Below are positions 9,895 to 19,842 of a DNA stretch of 64,000 bases, in pieces (position 1 is the first letter of the stretch; every line of letters begins with the position of its first letter). The stretch is taken from the NCBI GenBank assembly GCA_038212275.1, contig JBBQUR010000017.1, forward strand, positions 42,232-106,231, in the 5' to 3' direction. Under the pieces are notes generated by a model. It had not been told where the DNA came from. It saw only the letters and a list, made by a program, of their open reading frames with translations, and made no database searches. Origin of the DNA: Planctomycetota bacterium (GTDB lineage Bacteria > Planctomycetota > B15-G4). The position numbers and the translations under genes are program-made.

Positions 9895-11541
9895 TCAGGG
9901 CGTGGTGCCCTTCACGGCGTTGCTCGCGGCAAAGCCGGACGGCCCGGCCGCGTCCTGAACCCAGAACTGGTAGTACGTGGCGAGGGCCGACGGCACGCCG
10001 ACCGGCCACAGTGTCGCGATCGCGACGGTGCCGCCCGCGGTCGTCGGAATCGCGAAGACGAAGTTCACGTCCGGCACCATGAGGCCGCCCTTGAAGGGTG
10101 CGCCGAGCGCCGAAAGGCCGAGCACGAACCACGCCGGGCTGTTGCCGAGCGCCTGCGCGAGCGACACGCCGAGAGCACTGCCGGCGCTGAGCGTGCCCGT
10201 GAGCTCCAGCGTCGGATCGCCCGACGTGCCGGCAAGGCTGCTGCCGAGGTCGAGCCACGCGGAGGGAAATTCCCGGGCGCCGATGTCCACGACCGGCGCC
10301 GGGCCGATGCCGGTGTCGGCGACGGAGAGCACGTCCGCGAGGCGCGGCTGGTGCGCGTAGTCCAGCAGGGCGCCGGCCGGCACGGCCGAGGAATCGCCGG
10401 CATCGATGCCGGGCGAGGCGGAGGTCGGCGAGAAATCACCCCCGACGAGATCCAGCAGGCCGGGATCCGCGGACAGATTGCCCGTGCCGGCGAAGCCGCC
10501 CTGCACGATGGAGTGCGTGACGACGGTCGCCGCATTCACCTGGTTGCCCGCGGCCTGCGCGCCGCCGGGCCCGGTGTTGTCCCAGAAGATGCAGTTGACG
10601 ACCGTGGCATTGGTGGCGGCCTGGTTGCGCAATCCGGCGACGGCGTTCACCGTGGACGTGTTGCCGATGATCGTGCAGTTGCGGATGCGCGGATCGCCGC
10701 CCGTGCCCACCCAGATGGCCCCGCCGCCGCCCGAACCGGTGGCCGTGTTGCCGGTGAAGACGCAGTTGTTCACCAGCACGCCGTTGGTGGAGAAGACCTC
10801 CAGCGCGCCGGCGCGAGCGGCCGTGTTGCCCTTGAACAGGCAGCGCTCGTAGAGCACCGCCCCGCCGGAGGCGATGTCGAAGGCGCCGCCGAAGGACCCG
10901 CCGACGCCGTCCTCGAAGCTGCAATCGGTGAAGCTCGGCGCCGCGCTGCTGCTGATGTAGCCGGCCGCGCCGCCGAAGCTGCTGCGGTTGCCGACGAAGC
11001 GGCAGTTGCGCACGGTCGGGCTCGCGCCGCTCAGGCACAGGATGCCGCCGCCGCGGTCCTGATTGCCTCCGTTGACAGTCGCGGCGCCGCTCGAAATCAC
11101 GAAGCCGTCGAGCACCGCGCTCGGGCCGGTGCCCGTCGTGGTGATGAGGTGGATGGAGTTGTCGCCGAAGGCCAGTGCGCCATCGTTGCCCGCAAGATCG
11201 CCGCTGAGCACGCTGGGCGCCGTGCCGAAGGGCGGGCGCTGGGCTGGCGACGTCTCCGTCCCGAGGAAGGACCCGTAGATCGCGACGTCATTCTTGAGCG
11301 CGAAGGCCACGGTGCGCGACAGCGTGGCTGTCGGGAGGCAGGTGCCTTGCGCCACGAAGATCTGGTCGCCCGCGATGGAGACGGCGAGAGCGGCCTGCAG
11401 GCCGTGCGGCCCCTGAAATGCGTCGGCCCAGCTCGAGCCGTCGTTGGCCCCCGTCGCGAGGTCGGCATTCACGTGGTGCGTGCCGGCCGCCACGGCAGGC
11501 GAGAGCGCGAGCAGGCACGACAGGGCAAGGGCGATGTGCAT
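9895..11541 (-). CDS. Secreted right-handed beta-helix (pectin-lyase-fold) protein with the shared C-terminal domain
   Basis: Signal peptide; NDGSSWADAF; repeated GGA/NC.F..N units; SPGIDAG, VDIGARE; shared CTD. Confidence 0.85.
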   Translation of the reverse strand: MHIALALSCLLALSPAVAAGTHHVNADLATGANDGSSWADAFQGPHGLQAALAVSIAGDQIFVAQGTCLPTATLSRTVAFALKNDVAIYGSFLGTETSPAQRPPFGTAPSVLSGDLAGNDGALAFGDNSIHLITTTGTGPSAVLDGFVISSGAATVNGGNQDRGGGILCLSGASPTVRNCRFVGNRSSFGGAAGYISSSAAPSFTDCSFEDGVGGSFGGAFDIASGGAVLYERCLFKGNTAARAGALEVFSTNGVLVNNCVFTGNTATGSGGGGAIWVGTGGDPRIRNCTIIGNTSTVNAVAGLRNQAATNATVVNCIFWDNTGPGGAQAAGNQVNAATVVTHSIVQGGFAGTGNLSADPGLLDLVGGDFSPTSASPGIDAGDSSAVPAGALLDYAHQPRLADVLSVADTGIGPAPVVDIGAREFPSAWLDLGSSLAGTSGDPTLELTGTLSAGSALGVSLAQALGNSPAWFVLGLSALGAPFKGGLMVPDVNFVFAIPTTAGGTVAIATLWPVGVPSALATYYQFWVQDAAGPSGFAASNAVKGTTP

Positions 11542-11611
11542 CAGTTGTCTCAGGTGTCGGGCACGGGTGAGGAAGCGGGGGATGTTAACACCCTCCGCGC
11601 CGCAGAGGGCG

Positions 11612-12583
11612 TCAGCTCTCCATCTCGCGCCCGAGAAAGAAGCCGTCGTCGCCCTGGCTCTGGTAGAGAGGAAAGACGAGCCAACCGTCCTCGTCCGCCC
11701 GCACTTCGCCGTGCCGATCGCGCGCGAGCAGCGTGCCGGCGCGGACGCGCTGCAGGTTCGCGAAGCCGGGCTCCATGCGGAAGTCGTCGTCCTTCCGGAG
11801 CGCGTGCCGGTGATGAACCTGAATCACGCGTGGCAGTCCGCGGCTCGCGCCCTGCAGCCGCGCGGCGTGCTGCGCGAGGTCCGGCAGCGCCGTGCCTTCC
11901 ACCAGACCGGTGAAGGCAAGCGCCAGCATCAACACCGAGTGCAGCTGGTCGACCGAGCCAGGATCGTCGTTCTGCCCGCCCTCCACCACGAGCGAGACGC
12001 AGCCGCGACGAGTCAGGTATCCGGCGAGGATGCCGTGGACTCTTTCGAGCATTCCGCGGAGGGCGGGCAGGCCCACGGCCAGCGCGAAGCCGCTGCTGTC
12101 CGCCGTGCCGGCCACGATCGAGAAGGCGAAACCCGCGGCGGACGAGGTGTGCAGGTCGAGCACGAAGACGCGCCGCCCGTCGTGCAGGAAGGGTTCGATG
12201 GCCGCGAGCAAGTCGAGCTGCTCGCGGTCCTCGGTCTCGGGCGCGGCGCCCGCTGGCGACCCGTTGCCGTTCCCGTGGCTGCCCGTCGCCGAGCGGAGAT
12301 GCGCGAGGCTCTCCTCGGTCCAGCCGCGATTGAGGTCGCGCGTGAGGAAGCGTCGCTGCTGCTGCAGTGCACCGCGATTGCCGAGCAGCACGAGCAGCTC
12401 GCCGTGCATCGGCACGTGCTCCTCGCGGAGTCTCGCGAGCACGCGCCGGGCCGCCGCGATGCCGGCGGGCTCGTTGCCGTGAATGCCCGCGATGACGAGG
12501 AGCAGCGGGCCTCCCTGGGTGCCGCGCAGGTGGCCGAGCACACGGCCGTCGGCCGCGTTGCTGCCGGCGGCCCCCGCCGTCAC
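11612..12583 (-). CDS. Succinylglutamate desuccinylase/aspartoacylase (M14) family hydrolase
   Basis: AGIHGNE, RDLNR, LDLHT motifs; GTG start overlaps the upstream TGA. Confidence 0.85.
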   Translation of the reverse strand: MTAGAAGSNAADGRVLGHLRGTQGGPLLLVIAGIHGNEPAGIAAARRVLARLREEHVPMHGELLVLLGNRGALQQQRRFLTRDLNRGWTEESLAHLRSATGSHGNGNGSPAGAAPETEDREQLDLLAAIEPFLHDGRRVFVLDLHTSSAAGFAFSIVAGTADSSGFALAVGLPALRGMLERVHGILAGYLTRRGCVSLVVEGGQNDDPGSVDQLHSVLMLALAFTGLVEGTALPDLAQHAARLQGASRGLPRVIQVHHRHALRKDDDFRMEPGFANLQRVRAGTLLARDRHGEVRADEDGWLVFPLYQSQGDDGFFLGREMES

Positions 12584-14490
12584 TCGGCGAGCTTCTGCTT
12601 GAGAAGCTGGCTGGCGATGTCGGCGAAGTCGCCGGGCGTGATCATGCCCACGAGACGTCCGCGGTGGACGACGGGCAGGCACCCGACCTTGTGCGTGTTC
12701 ATGAGCTCGATCGCGCGCATGGTGGTCGTGCCCGGTGCGACCGTGAACGGATCGCGGTGCATCACTTCCGAGACGGGGATCGCGTCGGCGCCGCGCGCGG
12801 CGTCCTGCGCCGTCAGCAGCCGCAGCAGCGAGCGATAGGAGACCAGGCCCACCAGCCGGTGCTCCTGATCTTCCACCGGAACGTGGCGGATGCCGTGCCA
12901 CTGCATGAGGTTGGCGGCCAGCTCCACCGGATCGTCTTCCTGCACGGTGTACAGGTCGGTGGACATGTACTGCTCGATGTGCACGTAGTTGTGCTTCCAG
13001 CCGCCGGCCTCGACGCGCTGCGCGGGCTCCCACGACTCCACCGTGGCGCCGCTCTGCTGTCGCGCGGCCGTGGCGGAGGTCAGCGCGGTCAGTCGTTCGG
13101 CGGCCGTGCCGTGCCCCTTCATCTGGGCCAGCGAGAAGAGCAGCCAGCGCGCGCCGGTGCGGCCGGTGCGCACGCGGCGCTCGATGACGCCGAGATAGCG
13201 CTCGCGATCCGCATCGTCGACGCCGCCGCTGCGCAGGCCGGCCTCGGCGAGCGGCAGCAGGTGGTCCAGCACCAGGTGCGGCGCCGACATCTCCTCGCCG
13301 TCCAACCAGATCATGGGTGCGCCGAGTCCGTAGCGCGCGCCGGTGGTGAAGTTGGCCCGCGCGTGCTCGAACTCCATGACCTTCGTGATGTCCTCGTGCT
13401 TTGCCGCGAGGCCGAGCATGCAGCCGTACCAGAAGGCGCCGTTGGCGACTTCGTCAGTGACACTTGGACCCGACGGCAGCACGCGGTTCTCGATGCGGAG
13501 GTGCGGCTTGCCGTCGGTCACGCCGTAGCAGGCGCGGTTCCAGCGGTAGACGGTGCCGTTGTGCAGGCGCAGGCTGCGCAGTTCGGGCACGCCGCCGCGC
13601 TCGAGAATCGCCATCGGATCCTCGCCGCTCTCGCCGCCGACCAGCGTGCGGAAGCGCGCGACGTCCTCGCGGTAGATCTCCACCACCGAGCGCCGCAGCC
13701 AGCGATCGCCGAAGGACACGCGCGCCTGAACGTCGCGCTCGTGATTCGGGCTGCGCGTGTCCACGGCCTGCTCGAAGAGCGCGATGCGCGTCTCGGTCCA
13801 CAGCCTGCGGCCGAAGAGCAGCGGCGAATTGCTGCAGCAGGAGAGCAGCGGCCCGGCCAGGGCCTGCGCGATGTTGTAGAGATTGGGGAACTCCGCCGCT
13901 CCCGACTGCAGGTGCACCTGGAAGCTCGTGTTGCAGGCCTCCACCATCACCGAGTCGTGCTTGAGGCGCAGTTCGTCGGCGCCTTCGATGGCGATCTCGT
14001 AGTCCTGCCCGCGCAGCGCGGTCATCGCGCGGTTGAGCATCTGGTAGCGCGGGTTGGGAACCATGTTCTCCAGCCCGAGATCGGAGCGGCGCAGCGACGG
14101 CAGGATGCCCGTGAGCACGATCTCCAGCCCGGCAGGCCCGATCGCGCGACGCAGCTGCCCGAGCAGACCGGAGAGCTGGTGCTCCATGCGCCGGAAGCAG
14201 TCGCCGCCGAAGAGCTGAGGATCGAGGTTGCACTCGAGCTGGAACAGCCCCAGCTCCGTGGTGAAGTGCGGGTCATTCACCAGCTCGAGGGCCTTGAGCG
14301 ATGCCGGCGCCGGGTGCCAGTGCCGATCCACGAGGAAGACTTCCTGCTCGGCGCCCACGCGGCGCACGCCTTCCTCGATCAGCCCGTTGGACAGCATGGC
14401 CTCGAGCGCCTGAAGGTCACGCAGGATCGCGCGCATGAAGCGCCGCCGGTCCGGGCCCGCGAACTCGGCATCGACTTTCTGCTCACCCAT
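12580..14490 (-). CDS. Glutamate-cysteine ligase (GCS2)-like carboxylate-amine ligase fused to a CBS pair
   Basis: GAEQE, TTELGLFQLE, TSFQVHLQ, NSP, WNR, HLRIENRVLP; two C-terminal CBS domains. Confidence 0.88.
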   Translation of the reverse strand: MGEQKVDAEFAGPDRRRFMRAILRDLQALEAMLSNGLIEEGVRRVGAEQEVFLVDRHWHPAPASLKALELVNDPHFTTELGLFQLECNLDPQLFGGDCFRRMEHQLSGLLGQLRRAIGPAGLEIVLTGILPSLRRSDLGLENMVPNPRYQMLNRAMTALRGQDYEIAIEGADELRLKHDSVMVEACNTSFQVHLQSGAAEFPNLYNIAQALAGPLLSCCSNSPLLFGRRLWTETRIALFEQAVDTRSPNHERDVQARVSFGDRWLRRSVVEIYREDVARFRTLVGGESGEDPMAILERGGVPELRSLRLHNGTVYRWNRACYGVTDGKPHLRIENRVLPSGPSVTDEVANGAFWYGCMLGLAAKHEDITKVMEFEHARANFTTGARYGLGAPMIWLDGEEMSAPHLVLDHLLPLAEAGLRSGGVDDADRERYLGVIERRVRTGRTGARWLLFSLAQMKGHGTAAERLTALTSATAARQQSGATVESWEPAQRVEAGGWKHNYVHIEQYMSTDLYTVQEDDPVELAANLMQWHGIRHVPVEDQEHRLVGLVSYRSLLRLLTAQDAARGADAIPVSEVMHRDPFTVAPGTTTMRAIELMNTHKVGCLPVVHRGRLVGMITPGDFADIASQLLKQKLAE

Positions 14491-14496
14491 GTGCTT

Positions 14497-15222
14497 TCAG
14501 ACGAACTCGTTCAGGTACAGCGGCAGCATCGTGCGCCACGTAGGCCAGTCATGGTGCCACTCGGCTCCCCACGGGTCCACTCGGTTGGGGATGCCCCGGC
14601 TGCCGAGCACGTCCGCCATGCGCCAGCTTTCGCCGATGTCCTCGGCGCGCCCCTGCCCGGAGGCGAGCAGGATGAAGCGCTTGCGGATCGCCTCGAGCGC
14701 CTCGCCCTGAAGCTGCGGAAGGAAGTGGATCGGGGACGCGTAGTGGAAGTCCTCGCCGCCGTCGCCCTTGAGGAAACGGGAGACGTCGTAGGTGCCGCTC
14801 ATGCACAAGGCGTGCGAGAAGACCTCCGGGTAGCGGCAGACCATGGCCAGCGAGTGGAAGGCGCCGATGGACGCGCCGGTGGCCACCACCTCGACCGACT
14901 GCTGCCCGCAGTCGGCGGCGATGGCGGGCACCAGCTCGTGGCGCACGAACTCGTGGAAGCGATTCTGCATGCGGCCGCGGTAACGGCTGCTGCCCTCGCC
15001 CGCCACCATGACCTGACCGGCCACGCTGTCGCAGGAGTAGACCTTGATGCGGCCCGCGTCGATGAGGGGCTGCACCGCGCCGATCATGTGAAAGCGCTCG
15101 ACCTCCTCGGCGTCCCCGCCGGCGGTCGGGAAGAGCAGCACCGGCTTGCCGTAATGGCCCCAGCGCACGACCGAGACGTCCTGGGCGACGCGCGTGGAAT
15201 ACCAGCGTGTGGCGTGCTTCAT
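14497..15222 (-). CDS. Alpha/beta-hydrolase (esterase family)
   Basis: WGHYGKPVLLFPT, GASIG nucleophile elbow, HDWPTW; ATGA overlap with the upstream gene. Confidence 0.85.
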   Translation of the reverse strand: MKHATRWYSTRVAQDVSVVRWGHYGKPVLLFPTAGGDAEEVERFHMIGAVQPLIDAGRIKVYSCDSVAGQVMVAGEGSSRYRGRMQNRFHEFVRHELVPAIAADCGQQSVEVVATGASIGAFHSLAMVCRYPEVFSHALCMSGTYDVSRFLKGDGGEDFHYASPIHFLPQLQGEALEAIRKRFILLASGQGRAEDIGESWRMADVLGSRGIPNRVDPWGAEWHHDWPTWRTMLPLYLNEFV

Positions 15223-16472
15223 TTCAGCCCCGCCGCTGCGCCGGACTCGTGCTCGCGCCAGAGCTGGATGCGCGACCAGAACAGCTCCGTGAACTGGTCC
15301 ACTTCGCGCGCGGGGAAAAGCGCCGCCACCTTGATGCGCACGGCGTGCTTCGCCGTGTCGGTGGCGAAGAACTCCCACGCGGTCTCGTCCAGGTGCGGCA
15401 GGTGCCGGGCGCAGAATTCCTCGAAGCGCGCGGCATCGAAGCGCTTGCGGGCCAGTGCGGCGCACGCGGTCAGCCGCTTGTTCGCGTCCGGCTCGTCGTT
15501 CGCGATCTCGAAAAACGGATTCCAGTCGAGGTTCTGGCGCATCGGGCGCTTCGTCGCCGCGCAGAAGATCGACCAGCGCAGGTTCGCCTTGAGCAGCCAC
15601 GGGAAGTGATAGTGCAACGAGGTCACCTGGCTGTCCGGGCAGGCATTGGCGAAGTCGATCGGGTGCCACGTGCCGTCGCGGCGCAGCGCCTCGCAGGAAT
15701 TGAAGTCCCAGCCGAAGAAGGCGTTGATCGTGAGGGTCATGTCGCGCAGCACCTGCGCCTGGTCGGGCGGCGCGACGTCGCGGTCCATCGTGTAGCGGTC
15801 GTGCAGCGGCGCCGAGGCGTCGTAGCGGATGAGCCGCGTCTGCGGCCCGAAGCCGATGCAGCGCACGAAGCTGTCGTGCGGGTCCACCGCCTTCTGCAGG
15901 TGCATGACGTTCGTGCCGCTCTTCTCGTAGGCGGCGCGCAGCGCGGCCTCGTCCTTGATCTGCGACACGCCCGCCCAGCCGCCGCCATCGTAGGGCTTCA
16001 TGAATGACGGGTAGCCCAGCGCCTTGCCCACCTGCCCGATGTCGAAGAGCTTCGCGTAGCGTTCGAGCGTGCTCTGCAGGTCGTCCCTCGGGGCATACTC
16101 CTTGGGCGGCAGCAGCCAGGTGTCCGGCACCGGCAGGCCCAGCTTCATCATCGCGCAGTAGGTCGTGTGCTTCTCGTTGGCCTGGATGGACCACGGATTG
16201 TTGAAGACATAGAGCCCGTCCATGACGACGCACTTCTTGATCCACTCGCGGCTCGGCATGTACCAGTGCGTGAGCCGGTCGATGACCAGGTCGTAGCGGC
16301 AGGGCTGGCGCAGGTCGAAGGGCTCGATGCTGACGCGCTCGACCTCGAAGCGCACCGTGTCGCGCCCGATGCGCAGCGACAGCTTGAGGCGCGCCATCAA
16401 CTCCTCGTAGCAGAGCGGCCAGCACAGGTCCGCGCCCAGCGACAAGCCGATCTTTCGAACGATCTCAACCAT
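15219..16472 (-). CDS. ATP-grasp ligase (RimK/GshB-like)
   Basis: LGLPVPDT, GYPSFMKPYDGGGW, HLQKAV, PIDFAN. Confidence 0.85.
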   Translation of the reverse strand: MVEIVRKIGLSLGADLCWPLCYEELMARLKLSLRIGRDTVRFEVERVSIEPFDLRQPCRYDLVIDRLTHWYMPSREWIKKCVVMDGLYVFNNPWSIQANEKHTTYCAMMKLGLPVPDTWLLPPKEYAPRDDLQSTLERYAKLFDIGQVGKALGYPSFMKPYDGGGWAGVSQIKDEAALRAAYEKSGTNVMHLQKAVDPHDSFVRCIGFGPQTRLIRYDASAPLHDRYTMDRDVAPPDQAQVLRDMTLTINAFFGWDFNSCEALRRDGTWHPIDFANACPDSQVTSLHYHFPWLLKANLRWSIFCAATKRPMRQNLDWNPFFEIANDEPDANKRLTACAALARKRFDAARFEEFCARHLPHLDETAWEFFATDTAKHAVRIKVAALFPAREVDQFTELFWSRIQLWREHESGAAAGLK

Positions 16473-16511
16473 CGTGAACTCCGTGAACCTCTCTGCCCGT
16501 GCGGGGTGCCA

Positions 16512-17678
16512 TCACTCGTAGACCATCCAGAGCTGGCCGGGGAAGAGCCAGGTGAGGCCGTCGCGCAGGCGATCGCGCCAGTTTTCCCAATTGTGACCGT
16601 CGCGCGCCTCCGTGTAGCGCACCTCCATGCCGGTCTCGATCAGCAGCGGGATCAGCGAACGGTTCTCGTAGATGAGCGGCTCGTAGATGCCGCAGCTCAC
16701 GAAGACCTGCTCGGCGACGCGGATCGGCTTCTCGCGGAAGGTGTTCACGAAGTCCACCACCGGATCGTACGCCGGCCCGCGCCGGTTCGGGCCGATGTCC
16801 GTGAAGCCGAAGGAGCCGGAGAGCAGCGCCAGCCTGCCGAAGGACTCCGGCCGGCTCGCGGCCGTCGCCAGCGAGGCCACAGCCCCGAAGCTCGCTCCCA
16901 TGAGTCCACGCGCGGCGGGCTCGTCCAGCAGCGACTCCCTGGCCTGCAACCAGGGCAGCAGCTCCCCGGCGATGAACTGCGCGTGCCGCGGGTCCGCGGC
17001 ATACTCGTGCAGGCGCTGCACGGGATGCGTGAAGGCCACCACCATCTCGGCCAGCTCGAGCCGGTGCGTGAGGTTGTCCAGCACCGTCTTCATGCTCGAA
17101 TAGTTCAGGAAGTCGCCGCCGTCGTGGACGATGAGCAGCGGGTAGCGGCGCTCGCGGCGGTAGCGCGCGGGGCGATAGAGCGTGATGCGGGCGTCGCGAC
17201 CCAGCGCGCGGCTCGGCAGCACCAGATCCTCCAGCGTGCCCGGGCGCGTCTCGGGATGCGGGAGCGTCCACTCGGGGGTCTCGTAGCCGACGCCGTGCAC
17301 GACCGAGGTCGTGCCGAAGGGATCGCGTGCGTGACGCCGGTTGAAGGCATCCTCGACCAGCGTCGTCGTGTCGCCCACTCGCACCTCGAATTTGTATTCG
17401 ATGCGCGAGGCCTCCGGCAGGTCGAAGGCGAGGTGCCAGAACGGGCCGGGCGCCGCGCGGTTCAGCGGCAGCCTCGAGGTCAGGCCGGCGATGCGGTGCT
17501 GAAGGTGCACGGCGTCGGCCTCGCCTCGATAGAGGAACAGGCAGCGTCGGCCATCCACGATCGGGCAGCCGTGCGCGTCGACGAAGCGCTGCAGAGCCTC
17601 GGTCGACGGCGGATCCGCCGACAGCAGCGCGATGAGCTGGCGCAGGTCCTGCGATGCGTGACTGACGATGGCCGTCAT
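16512..17678 (-). CDS. Enterochelin-esterase-like alpha/beta hydrolase with N-terminal CBM48-like domain
   Basis: N-terminal W...RIEYKF...D..N segment; YPLLIVHDG, MGASFG, GHNW. Confidence 0.85.
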   Translation of the reverse strand: MTAIVSHASQDLRQLIALLSADPPSTEALQRFVDAHGCPIVDGRRCLFLYRGEADAVHLQHRIAGLTSRLPLNRAAPGPFWHLAFDLPEASRIEYKFEVRVGDTTTLVEDAFNRRHARDPFGTTSVVHGVGYETPEWTLPHPETRPGTLEDLVLPSRALGRDARITLYRPARYRRERRYPLLIVHDGGDFLNYSSMKTVLDNLTHRLELAEMVVAFTHPVQRLHEYAADPRHAQFIAGELLPWLQARESLLDEPAARGLMGASFGAVASLATAASRPESFGRLALLSGSFGFTDIGPNRRGPAYDPVVDFVNTFREKPIRVAEQVFVSCGIYEPLIYENRSLIPLLIETGMEVRYTEARDGHNWENWRDRLRDGLTWLFPGQLWMVYE

Positions 17679-18622
17679 GCGCCGGTCCAGACGTGGACCG
17701 AACCGTCGGCCCCCATGCGGCGCGTGCCCGCCGGGAAGCTCCACGCGCCGTCGAGCAGGTCCACGCGCTCGCCGTCGTCGAGCGGCACGCAGAGGGCGGG
17801 CGCAAAGCGTCGCGCCGTGAGCAGCACGCGGTGCACGTCGTCGAATCGCAGTCGATGGCGCGCGTGCGGAAAGGGCAGCAGCGCAGGAGCCAGCGCCAGC
17901 CCTGCGCCGAACACTTCCGTGTGACCGGGTCCGTGCGGCGGCGTGTTGTGGAACAGGACGACGCGCTCGGCAAGCGCCATCGCGCCCGCCGACCACGCGA
18001 GCACGGTGGCGCCCTTCAGCAGCGAGGCGATGTCGAACAGTCGCAGGCGATTGAGCAGCACAGCCACCTGTCCGCCGGCGATCGCGACCGCGCCGGCGTC
18101 GCGCACCAGCGCCTCGATCTGCCGGCGCTCGTGGGCCACGGCCGGCCGCTGGACGGGCTGCCAGCGCGCGTCGAACTGCTCGTGCACGTCGGCCACGCGC
18201 CGCAGATGCTCCTCATCGAGGACTCGCAGGGCCTCGATGGAGGCGGCGCGCTCGTGCCGCAGCGGGACCTCATTGCCGGCTCGGTGCAGCAGCTGCATGC
18301 AGGCGGCCATGGCATGCGCGAGCCGGAGGCGGTAGAGCGCCTGCAATTCGCGCAGCAGCAGGAGCCGGTCCTTGAGGGCCTGCTCCAGCTCGGGGTCGCG
18401 CCTGAGAACCGTCTCCGAGCGGGACCAGAGATCCAGGTTCACGGTGCGGCCGCCGAAGTGCTCGTCCAGCTCGCGGTCCTCGCGTTCACGCTCCATCCAG
18501 CCGGCGGTGATCGTCGCGATCTTCGCGCCCTCGTCCACGCCCAGCACGCGCGCTGCCTCGACGAGCGACGGCTTGTGCCGCTGCGGTCCGAGCAGACAGG
18601 CGCACCGCATGGCGCTGCTCAT
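17675..18622 (-). CDS. Peptidase S51 (dipeptidase E/cyanophycinase-like, class I GATase fold)
   Basis: ITAGW, IAGGQ, AWSAGAM nucleophile, FPH. Confidence 0.75.
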   Translation of the reverse strand: MSSAMRCACLLGPQRHKPSLVEAARVLGVDEGAKIATITAGWMEREREDRELDEHFGGRTVNLDLWSRSETVLRRDPELEQALKDRLLLLRELQALYRLRLAHAMAACMQLLHRAGNEVPLRHERAASIEALRVLDEEHLRRVADVHEQFDARWQPVQRPAVAHERRQIEALVRDAGAVAIAGGQVAVLLNRLRLFDIASLLKGATVLAWSAGAMALAERVVLFHNTPPHGPGHTEVFGAGLALAPALLPFPHARHRLRFDDVHRVLLTARRFAPALCVPLDDGERVDLLDGAWSFPAGTRRMGADGSVHVWTGA

Positions 18623-19842
18623 GAAGCGTGCACCTTGAGCGTGCGGCCGACGTGATCGAGCATCTCGCGAAGCGTGTCGTAGTCCGGGTGCTTGAGGCGC
18701 AACCACGCGTTGGCCATGTAGCCGGCCTCGACGGGCTGCGTGGGCGTGCCGGCCGGCGGCAGGTGAGCGTCGATGATCCAGCGCTCGAACATCGAGCGGA
18801 TCTCCTCCACGCCCGAGTAGCCGCGGATGGTGCCGTCGCAGTCGGGGCGCAGCGCGATGATGCCGGCCGAGAAGGCGCGCGAGGCCCGCTGCGACGGGCG
18901 GCCGTGCACGATCGCCATGGCCCATTCGCGATAGATGTCCATGTCGTTGGCCGCGGCGTAGAGGTCCCACGCGCGCACGCCCGGCGGCCGGCAGCCGATC
19001 TCCGAGAACTTCAGCCCCTTGGGCCCGGCGAACCACTCCATGTGCGTGGCCGACGTGCCGATGCCCAGCACGGGCAGCACGCGTCGACCGAGCGCCTTCA
19101 CCTCCGCATAGCCCGGCTCGCTGTCGACGCGGTTCGTGGCGATGAACTGCGGCGAGATCCAGCGCGTGCGCATGGCCTCGAGAACGTTCGGGTAGTAGTG
19201 GCACACGAACTCGTGCGCGACTTCGCCGCCGATGGAGATGGTGTCGTAGAAGCCCTCGTGTCCCTCGATGAACTCCTCGACGGCGATCGATCCACCGCGG
19301 TCGAAGGGCACGCCGGCCAGTACGGCCTCCAACGCCTGGCGGTCGTCGACGCGGTGCGTGCCCGAGGCGCCCGCGCCGTCGCGCGGCTTGAGGATGAGCG
19401 GATAGCCGACGCGCTCCGCGAAGGCGCGCACCGCGTCCGCGGACTCGCCGCCCAGCGAGGCCGCCGTCGGGACGCCTGCCTCGCGCAGCACGTCCTTCAT
19501 CGTCGGCTTGTCGCGGCAGAGCCAGGCCGTGCGCGTGGAGGTGCCCGGAATGCCGCAGGCCTCGCGCACGCGGGCCGCCGCACTGATGTGCGCCTCGACC
19601 GTGGCCTCCAGCCGCTCCACTCTGACCTTGCTCTGCACGAAACGCACGGCCTTCAGCAGTGCGTCCTCGTCCACGACGGAACGCACCTGCTCGTAGTGCG
19701 AGAGCCATTGCTTCAGTTCAGGATCGAGCGACTCCTTCGGCCGCTCGCCGATGCCGATGGTGGTCGCGCCCACCGCGTGCAGCGCGCGCGCGAACTCGCG
19801 CTGGTTGGCCGGAAAGCACGGCTCGACGAGGATCACGTTCAT
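18619..19842 (-). CDS. ATP-grasp ligase (L-amino-acid ligase-like)
   Basis: RDKPTMK, YPLILKPRDGAGA, EEFIEGHE, THMEWF, SEIGCRPPG. Confidence 0.88.
   Translation of the reverse strand: MNVILVEPCFPANQREFARALHAVGATTIGIGERPKESLDPELKQWLSHYEQVRSVVDEDALLKAVRFVQSKVRVERLEATVEAHISAAARVREACGIPGTSTRTAWLCRDKPTMKDVLREAGVPTAASLGGESADAVRAFAERVGYPLILKPRDGAGASGTHRVDDRQALEAVLAGVPFDRGGSIAVEEFIEGHEGFYDTISIGGEVAHEFVCHYYPNVLEAMRTRWISPQFIATNRVDSEPGYAEVKALGRRVLPVLGIGTSATHMEWFAGPKGLKFSEIGCRPPGVRAWDLYAAANDMDIYREWAMAIVHGRPSQRASRAFSAGIIALRPDCDGTIRGYSGVEEIRSMFERWIIDAHLPPAGTPTQPVEAGYMANAWLRLKHPDYDTLREMLDHVGRTLKVHAS

Noticed and set aside
12664..15609. 981-aa plus-strand ORF (also 8..913, 24001..26460, 26698..28701, 34572..37007 and similar)
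   Set aside because: Antisense shadows of well-supported genes in high-GC DNA; no recognisable motifs.
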